DNA of 64,000 nt, taken from positions 32,001 to 96,000 of the IMG/VR virus record IMGVR_UViG_3300006339_000005; one strand, given 5' to 3'. Position numbers and translations under genes: made by a program. The stretch comes from a virus. Under the pieces are notes generated by a model. The model searched no databases, was not told where the DNA came from, and saw only the letters and a program-made list of their open reading frames with translations. Below, piece after piece: positions 57,814 to 64,000 of the stretch (position 1 is its first letter; each line of letters starts with the position of its first letter).

Positions 57814-57824
57814 TCTAGTATAAT
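57796..57824 (+). promoter_or_regulatory. Consensus sigma70-type promoter
   Basis: TTGACA-N17-TATAAT; ATG 6 nt after the -10 box. Confidence 0.9.
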
Positions 57825-57830
57825 AGTTGT

Positions 57831-59111
57831 ATGATTCAGAGATCGTTAACTATTGAAGACTGTTTAGAATTGGTTGCCGGCATAAGCAACTACAAATTTC
57901 ATAACGACCCTTCCTACTCAAAACTTCAAAATTTTAAACTACACGCAGATAATCATAAAATCATGTTTAGTATTGCTAAACAGGTTATGAAGGGTACTGC
58001 TTTAACCAAAAAACAATACGACCTTGTATCAAAACTATTGCTAGAATACTACAAGCCTCAATTTGATGAACACGATATTAACCTTAAAAAGTGTATAGGA
58101 AACTTACGAATTCCTTTACGTAAAATTAATTCCGACCATTGGATTAAACTTTTGGAATGGAAAGGTGGTATTGGTGCAGAAAAAAGACCAATGCTTTGTA
58201 TTCGATTTCCTTTTAATAAAAAGGTTATAAAATATATTGAGGAATTAAAAAATAGTGTTGATAAAGAATACTTCTACGATAGTCATAAACACTTTTTTCC
58301 GTACGAAGAAAAATACGTATGGCGGCTTGTTACTATAGCTAAAAAATTTAAAACAAAGTTTGATATTGAAGATAAAATCCAAGTTATCTATGACAAATTA
58401 GTAGACTTTGAAAAGAATAAAGATGACTATATTCCTGGCGTATATAATTATGAACTACGTAATATACCAAAGTCTGCTATAGAACATTGTCATAATAACA
58501 TAGGAAAACCTAATAGAAATAATCTTTACAAGTACTATGATAGACGTTTTTTATATGGATTCAATCATATAAAACTAGATGCTAGTTTACAAAATATTTC
58601 TGTACTTTCTTGTAAAATTATTAATAGAAAAAGCACATCTTTAATAATTGATAAGAAAAAATGGACATTAGATCAAGTTCTAACTAGCATTGAAGAACTG
58701 TCTCGCTATCCATTACTCATTGTACTAGATAAAAAAGAAGCTCATGACGAACTAGTAGAATTGCATAATCGTTTTAAAAATTATATTCCAGTAGAGCAAA
58801 TGTCTGTTCTTTTTAGGTTAGATTCTAATCCAAAAGGAAACTTATTTAACCATTTCGTCAGAGAGCAGAGATTAAATAATAAAGTTGACAAAGGCACAAA
58901 GATAGTGTATATTAGTACTACTAAGGTACCTAAGCCTTTAATTAGAACTAATTGGCACCCTCTTAGTACTTTTACATTAGGCAGTAAAAAGAACTACTCT
59001 AAAGTAGATAACTTTATAACAAGTACCGACCTGTACATACAGTACGATGAAGATGTATCACCGTTCATGAAGCATAGTAGGTATGTTACTGACAAGATAG
59101 AAAAAATATAA
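57831..59111 (+). CDS. Hypothetical protein (426 aa)
   Basis: Long ORF directly upstream of uvsW. Confidence 0.6.
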   Translation: MIQRSLTIEDCLELVAGISNYKFHNDPSYSKLQNFKLHADNHKIMFSIAKQVMKGTALTKKQYDLVSKLLLEYYKPQFDEHDINLKKCIGNLRIPLRKINSDHWIKLLEWKGGIGAEKRPMLCIRFPFNKKVIKYIEELKNSVDKEYFYDSHKHFFPYEEKYVWRLVTIAKKFKTKFDIEDKIQVIYDKLVDFEKNKDDYIPGVYNYELRNIPKSAIEHCHNNIGKPNRNNLYKYYDRRFLYGFNHIKLDASLQNISVLSCKIINRKSTSLIIDKKKWTLDQVLTSIEELSRYPLLIVLDKKEAHDELVELHNRFKNYIPVEQMSVLFRLDSNPKGNLFNHFVREQRLNNKVDKGTKIVYISTTKVPKPLIRTNWHPLSTFTLGSKKNYSKVDNFITSTDLYIQYDEDVSPFMKHSRYVTDKIEKI

Positions 59112-60569
59112 ATGGTAAGTTGCAGAATAGTAATACAAGACGAAGTCAACGTAAAGGTTGAAAATTTGCCTGTTGAGTATCGACGCAAAATTGCAAATAA
59201 ATTAAAATTTGCAGTTCCGTATGCTCGTTACTTACCTAAATATAAACTTGGCCGTTGGGACGGTAAAATTAACTTTTTTGGTATTGGAGGCACAGGATAT
59301 GTTAACCATCTTGATGTTATTGTTAATACTTTAGTAGATGCAGGAGTTGAAATTGCAGAAATAGATGATAAAAGAGTTAAGCACGATCTTACATTTAAAC
59401 AAATTAATAAAAACTATTGGGATCATATAACATGGCCAAAAGGACATATTGCCACCGGGCAAAAAATTATATTACGTGATTACCAAGTTGAAGTTGTTAA
59501 TAACTTTTTAAAGAATCCACAATCATTACAAGAAGTTGCCACAGGTGCAGGTAAAACAATTATTACCGCAACATTATCACATCTTTGTGAAAAGTATGGG
59601 CGTACACTTGTTATTGTTCCTAATAAAAATTTAGTTACACAAACAGAAGAAGACTATATTAATTGTGGATTAGACGTTGGTGTATACTTTGGTGACAGAA
59701 AAGAACTTGGTAAAACGCATACTATTTGTACTTGGCAAAGTTTGAATATACTTGATAAGAAAAGTAAGTATGGTGATGACGTTTTAACATTAGCAGAATT
59801 TTTAGATGGTGTTGAAACATTAATTGTTGACGAAGTACATCAGGCTAAAGCTGAAGTATTAAAAAAATTATTAACACAAAATTTAAAACACGCACCTATT
59901 AGATGGGGACTAACTGGAACAATACCAAAAGAAGATTTTGAGTTTCAGGCTATACTCGCTAGTCTAGGACAAGTAATAGGAAAAATAAGTGCTAAAGAAT
60001 TACAAGATAAAGGTGTGTTATCTAACTGTCATGTTAATGTTGTACAATTAATTGATACACAAGTACATAAAAATTATCAAGAAGAATTAAAATATCTTGT
60101 TACAAATAAAGATAGAGTAAAATATATAGGCACAATGATTAAATCAATTAAAGAGGCAGGCAATACGCTTGTCCTTATTGATAGAATTGCTTCAGGCGAA
60201 AAATTACAAGAGGAAATACCAGGTTCAGTTTTTATTAAAGGTGATGTAAAATTAGCTGATAGAAAGGAACAGTATGACGAAATTAAAGAAGCTACTAATA
60301 AGTGTCTTATTGCTACTTACGGTGTTGCTAGTGTCGGTATTAATATTCCCAGAATATTTAATCTTGTACTTATTGAGCCGGGCAAGTCTTTCGTAAGGGT
60401 AATACAATCAATAGGCAGAGGTGTACGTAAGGCAGACGATAAAGACTTTGTACAAATATGGGATATAACTTCGACGTGTAAATTTGCAAAGCGACATTTA
60501 ACACAACGTAAAAAGTTTTACAAGGAGGCACAATATCCCTTTAGTATTGAAAAAATAGACTGGACTTAA
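59112..60569 (+). CDS. uvsW: SF2 DNA helicase
   Basis: LRDYQ, VATGAGKT, VDEVH, GLTGT, ASVGINIP, QSIGRG.R. Confidence 0.93.
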   Translation: MVSCRIVIQDEVNVKVENLPVEYRRKIANKLKFAVPYARYLPKYKLGRWDGKINFFGIGGTGYVNHLDVIVNTLVDAGVEIAEIDDKRVKHDLTFKQINKNYWDHITWPKGHIATGQKIILRDYQVEVVNNFLKNPQSLQEVATGAGKTIITATLSHLCEKYGRTLVIVPNKNLVTQTEEDYINCGLDVGVYFGDRKELGKTHTICTWQSLNILDKKSKYGDDVLTLAEFLDGVETLIVDEVHQAKAEVLKKLLTQNLKHAPIRWGLTGTIPKEDFEFQAILASLGQVIGKISAKELQDKGVLSNCHVNVVQLIDTQVHKNYQEELKYLVTNKDRVKYIGTMIKSIKEAGNTLVLIDRIASGEKLQEEIPGSVFIKGDVKLADRKEQYDEIKEATNKCLIATYGVASVGINIPRIFNLVLIEPGKSFVRVIQSIGRGVRKADDKDFVQIWDITSTCKFAKRHLTQRKKFYKEAQYPFSIEKIDWT

Positions 60570-60571
60570 TT

Positions 60572-60802
60572 ATGAAAAAATTTATAGTAGAGATAAAAGT
60601 CGGTGATGAAATTGAAGTAGGACGGTTCCGAAACGTTTCAACAAAAATTAAAGATATTGAATTTGACGAATACGGACAACCTGTTGTTGTAACTAGTAAA
60701 GGTCCTAAAAAACTTTTTAGTTGCAGACTGTCAAAACTTAATCCAGGTAATAAAACACCAATAGAAATCCTAGCGAATGCTAGAAGGAAAAAGACTAAAT
60801 GA
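60572..60802 (+). CDS. Small SH3/KOW-like hypothetical protein
   Basis: IKVGDEIEVGRFRN...K.I..DE.GQP. Confidence 0.5.
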   Translation: MKKFIVEIKVGDEIEVGRFRNVSTKIKDIEFDEYGQPVVVTSKGPKKLFSCRLSKLNPGNKTPIEILANARRKKTK

Positions 60803-61305
60803 AGATATTAACCTTGGAAAACGAGTGTTTTCTACTGAACAACCTACCAGAAGAATTAACAGATGATGTTCGATTTGCAGTATTAGACAACTCTAATCCT
60901 AAAGAACCTGATTTCTTTTTTATACCACTAATCTTTTTAGAAAGTTTTAGTGCGCCTGCAATGGTATTAGAAATAGGTGGCAAAGAAATAACAATGCCTG
61001 TAGACTGGAGTTTAGCAGTAGGGGATAGTAATGGTGCAGGAGATATTGAAATACTACCATTAACAAGTTTAAATGATAGAGGATTTGATGCGTTTTTGTT
61101 TAACCCACTAACCAGCTACACGTTAAATTGGGGACCAGTGAAGATAACTAATTTTTATAACGATGTTAAATGGTATTTTCCTAAAATGAAAAATGGACAA
61201 CTTTTAGCAACACCAATAACAGAAGGTAAAGACCCGTTATGTGCATACTTTGTTAAAGATATTAGTAGACAAAGTGAAATGATAGATTACGGATTATTAA
61301 TATAA
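60799..61305 (+). CDS. Hypothetical protein (168 aa)
   Basis: ATGA-coupled ORF. Confidence 0.55.
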   Translation: MKILTLENECFLLNNLPEELTDDVRFAVLDNSNPKEPDFFFIPLIFLESFSAPAMVLEIGGKEITMPVDWSLAVGDSNGAGDIEILPLTSLNDRGFDAFLFNPLTSYTLNWGPVKITNFYNDVKWYFPKMKNGQLLATPITEGKDPLCAYFVKDISRQSEMIDYGLLI

Positions 61306-61306
61306 A

Positions 61307-62038
61307 ATGTTTTGGAAAAAGAATAATACAATTTGTTTAGACGTCTATACTGATAGAAAAGAGATGTTTGAGGGTTATCAGCCTATGTTGGCTAGAAAGT
61401 TTATTCCAGACTGGTGGAAAAATTTACCACAGCATAGAGAACAAGATATGCCAGGATATCCTAAAATGCCAGTTGCAACTCTAAAAGGATGTCCAGCAAT
61501 TAATGATATTCTTAAAACAGGAATTATATTTCCATCTTGGTGTGAACTTCATGCAAAAGTAGATGTAGGCGGTAATAAAGATGTTCATCTTGTTCCAAAC
61601 TATGTCCAAATAGCTGAACACGACGAGCGTGATTTTACACAACATAAACCTGAGATGGCACACATAAAAGTTACATCTCCTTGGGCAATTGTAGAAAAAA
61701 CAGGTGTTAAATTTATTTGGATGAAACCAGATTGGCATCAAGATAAACCTTTATCATATTGGACAGTTCCAGGAATTGTTGATTTCAAATATCAACACGC
61801 TAGTTTACTTAATATGTTTGTCCCATATAATACTAAACTACAAATTAATACTGGAACTCCGTGGTTACAATTAATACCTTTATCTGAAAAGCCTGTAGAA
61901 GTAAAATGTCATTTAGTTTCTACACAAGACCTAGATCAAATAATGAGTGCAAATACATTTATATCAATAACAGGCGGTTACTTAAAAAAGATAAGACATA
62001 TTAGAAAACAGCAGGAGCGACTAGATGAAAACGATTAG
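61307..62038 (+). CDS. Hypothetical protein (243 aa; PDWWKNLP/KGCPAI motif)
   Basis: Clean ORF with a beta-rich C-terminus. Confidence 0.55.
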   Translation: MFWKKNNTICLDVYTDRKEMFEGYQPMLARKFIPDWWKNLPQHREQDMPGYPKMPVATLKGCPAINDILKTGIIFPSWCELHAKVDVGGNKDVHLVPNYVQIAEHDERDFTQHKPEMAHIKVTSPWAIVEKTGVKFIWMKPDWHQDKPLSYWTVPGIVDFKYQHASLLNMFVPYNTKLQINTGTPWLQLIPLSEKPVEVKCHLVSTQDLDQIMSANTFISITGGYLKKIRHIRKQQERLDEND

Positions 62039-62588
62039 TGAAGAATACATATTACAACTATCAAGATTACACGATCAAAAAGCTTCATTTGGTGATGCTA
62101 AAGGATTAAAGAAAACAGAAAAATATATTAGAAAATATAATCCTAAAAGCATTCTTGACTATGGCTGTGGTAAGGGCGGAGTAACTTTAGCACTACAAGA
62201 AACATATCCAGATTTAAGAGTTCAAGGATATGATCCTGGTAATCCTAACTTTAATACTAGGCCTGAAGGGACGTTTGATATGCTTGTGTCAACAGATGTG
62301 TTAGAACATATTGAACCTGTATTTTTAGAAAATGTTTTACGACATATGAATGAGTTGTGTACCAAAGTTGCATTTTTTATTATTGCAACTAGTCCTGCTA
62401 AAAAGTTTTTACCTGATGGACGTAATGCTCATCTTATTGTTGAAAACCCAGGATGGTGGAAACCTTTACTAGAAAAACATATTGAAGGTAACATTGTGCA
62501 TCATGAATTTGTAGAAAAAACTAGAACAGATAAACGAGGTACTGTTCATCCTAATAACAAATATCTCGTAGTAATGGAAAAAACATGA
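62025..62588 (+). CDS. Class I SAM methyltransferase
   Basis: SILDYGCGKG, GYDP, DVLEHIEP. Confidence 0.88.
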   Translation: MKTISEEYILQLSRLHDQKASFGDAKGLKKTEKYIRKYNPKSILDYGCGKGGVTLALQETYPDLRVQGYDPGNPNFNTRPEGTFDMLVSTDVLEHIEPVFLENVLRHMNELCTKVAFFIIATSPAKKFLPDGRNAHLIVENPGWWKPLLEKHIEGNIVHHEFVEKTRTDKRGTVHPNNKYLVVMEKT

Positions 62589-63061
62589 AATATCAAATTA
62601 AAGAGAATTTTTTAGATGAAGGCGCATTTAAGTTTATGGCAATGCAATTTATGGGTCATCAGTTACCTTGGTATTACCAAGCAGGTGTTAGTAAATATAA
62701 TGATAATGATATGTATTTTACACATCTCTTCTATTCTGAACACGAGTGGGAAGGTGCCAAGCAACTAGTTCAACCTTTATTAGATGCATTAGAGCCAAAA
62801 GGTTTAATAAGAGTAAAAGCAAATTTGTATCCGCGATCACAAAAACTCATAACACATAAATTCCATGCTGACAAAGAGTATACACATACCTCAGCATTGT
62901 TGTATATTAACACTAATAATGGATTTACTATCTTAGAAGATGGAACAAAAATTGAAAGTGTAGCAAATCGTTTAGTATTAATTGACGGAAGTCAAAAACA
63001 TTGTAGTACTAATTGTACTGATGAGACTGTTAGAGTAAACGTAGGAGTTAATTTCTTTTAA
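62585..63061 (+). CDS. 2OG-Fe(II) oxygenase family protein
   Basis: HKFHAD (HxD), LLYINTNNG.T, NRLVL.DG...H, R...VNF. Confidence 0.82.
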   Translation: MKYQIKENFLDEGAFKFMAMQFMGHQLPWYYQAGVSKYNDNDMYFTHLFYSEHEWEGAKQLVQPLLDALEPKGLIRVKANLYPRSQKLITHKFHADKEYTHTSALLYINTNNGFTILEDGTKIESVANRLVLIDGSQKHCSTNCTDETVRVNVGVNFF

Positions 63062-63792
63062 TGTCTTTTACAAACTTAATGACTATAGCTCTTGATTCCA
63101 TTTTAGATGAAGTTACTTGTAATGGAAAATGTACTCCAACTGTAGTTGAATTGGGCAACCAAAGGTTGAAAAATAATAAGTCCCGTGCTAAAATGTATAA
63201 TAAATTACAAACTACTGGCACGCCAGGACTTTCTACAACTAAAGAGTTTTTTTTAGATATTGGATTTAGAAAATATCTAGCTATTGATGTAAACACAGAA
63301 ATGGATGCAGTTGCTTTAGATCTTAATATGGATTTAGAAAAACACTATGGATTTAAAGATAAGTTTGATTTAGTAACTAACAACGGTACTGGTGAACACG
63401 TTTTTAATCAGTATATGGTATTTAGAAATGTTCATAACTTATGCCAAGTTAAAGGTTTTATGATTCATATATTACCTTTTTATAGATGGGTAGATCACGG
63501 CTTTTATAATTTTCAACCTAATTTATTTCCGTGTTTAGCATTACAAAACAATTATAAATTACATGGATTATGGATAGGAACAAGTGACGGACAAAAAATA
63601 GAAAAGCTATCTGGAAAATTATCTCGTGATAAAGGATACAGAAATAATTATAATTTAGATAGTTGGGAACGTGATCCAATGGTAGTTGCTATTATGCAAA
63701 AACAAGACGATAAAGAATTTAGTTCACCACAACAGCATTTATATAACAATGAAAATATTGCTAGTGCTGAAATATCTGATAGGTATAAATGA
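63061..63792 (+). CDS. Methyltransferase-like protein
   Basis: VVELGNQ, YLAID.N, DL..DL, FDLVTNNGTGEHVFNQ, HGFYNFQP. Confidence 0.7.
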   Translation: MSFTNLMTIALDSILDEVTCNGKCTPTVVELGNQRLKNNKSRAKMYNKLQTTGTPGLSTTKEFFLDIGFRKYLAIDVNTEMDAVALDLNMDLEKHYGFKDKFDLVTNNGTGEHVFNQYMVFRNVHNLCQVKGFMIHILPFYRWVDHGFYNFQPNLFPCLALQNNYKLHGLWIGTSDGQKIEKLSGKLSRDKGYRNNYNLDSWERDPMVVAIMQKQDDKEFSSPQQHLYNNENIASAEISDRYK

Positions 63793-64000
63793 ATTTAAGC
63801 GTACTACAAAACTTTAAACCAGAACATTTTAAAATGGATCCGTTCCCCCATATCCATATACCACAGGTATTACCTTGGAGTTTATACAAGGAATTAGAAG
63901 AACAGTATCCTGAAGAACTTATGCTTAATGGAAGAACTGAAGGTTTTGGCGATATGCGTTACCAACAAAAAGACTTTGATTATTCTCGTATTACACCTTT
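63789..64000 (+). CDS. Probable 2OG-Fe(II) oxygenase, 3'-truncated
   Basis: MNLSVLQNFKPEHFKMDPFPHIHIPQVLPWSLYKELEEQYP; ATGA overlap; open to the window end. Confidence 0.5.
   Translation, partial: MNLSVLQNFKPEHFKMDPFPHIHIPQVLPWSLYKELEEQYPEELMLNGRTEGFGDMRYQQKDFDYSRITP

Noticed and set aside
43881-60569. Inteins or introns in terL, uvsX or uvsW
   Set aside because: Lengths (531, 350, 485 aa) and motif spacing are normal; no Hint or LAGLIDADG insertions were seen.
2911-63296. Numerous short overlapping ORFs (60-125 aa) on the opposite strand or in alternate frames, e.g. 5630..5959, 7842..8216, 30609..30938, 46486..46755
   Set aside because: They are shadows of long coding genes with no SD or promoter and no recognisable motifs. 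Their odd composition mirrors the codon bias of the real gene.
1-64000. Stop-codon reassignment, as seen in some jumbo phages
   Set aside because: Conserved genes are full length in code 11 and end with TAA, TAG or TGA; no fragmentation is seen.
1-64000. Assigning the phage as a cyanophage because of the phycobiliprotein-like modules
   Set aside because: No psbA, hli, cpeT, nblA or other cyanophage marker is in the window, and the neck/tube/terminase gene order differs from classical T4-like cyanophages. The host is left undetermined.
1-64000. tRNA or rRNA genes
   Set aside because: Intergenic gaps are short (mostly under 100 nt) and are explained by promoters and terminators; no cloverleaf or T-loop motif was recognised.

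Overview
This window is a 64-kb, AT-rich segment of a large T4-like (jumbo-type) myophage genome, probably aquatic; the host cannot be determined from the window. 1-26.4 kb is a tail-fibre/virion-appendage region. It holds a 5'-truncated fibre-like protein, three Cys-rich paralogues with two Tfa-like chaperones, a GT9/SGNH/carbamoyltransferase operon and a 4175-aa modular giant protein. 26.4-33.2 kb is a minus-strand block (2OG oxygenase, cupin, hldD, methyltransferase, hldE, NUDIX, gp15- and gp14-like). 33.2-48 kb carries neck, dNMP kinase, HNH, sheath, tube, head-completion and terminase genes plus probable internal head proteins. 48-51.5 kb carries gp32, uvsX, uvsY and a peroxiredoxin. 51.5-64 kb is a large glycan-modification cluster interrupted by uvsW. 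No capsid, portal, tRNA, rRNA or CRISPR feature was seen. The most striking observation is six copies of a helical module in two virion-type proteins. By eye they align in register with phycobiliprotein (phycocyanin) subunits and all keep the bilin-attachment Cys-x-Arg-Asp motif. These modules are built into a nested 'matryoshka' architecture. Several genes also appear to be transcribed as leaderless mRNAs from TAAATA late promoters. All family assignments come from recalled motifs, not database searches.
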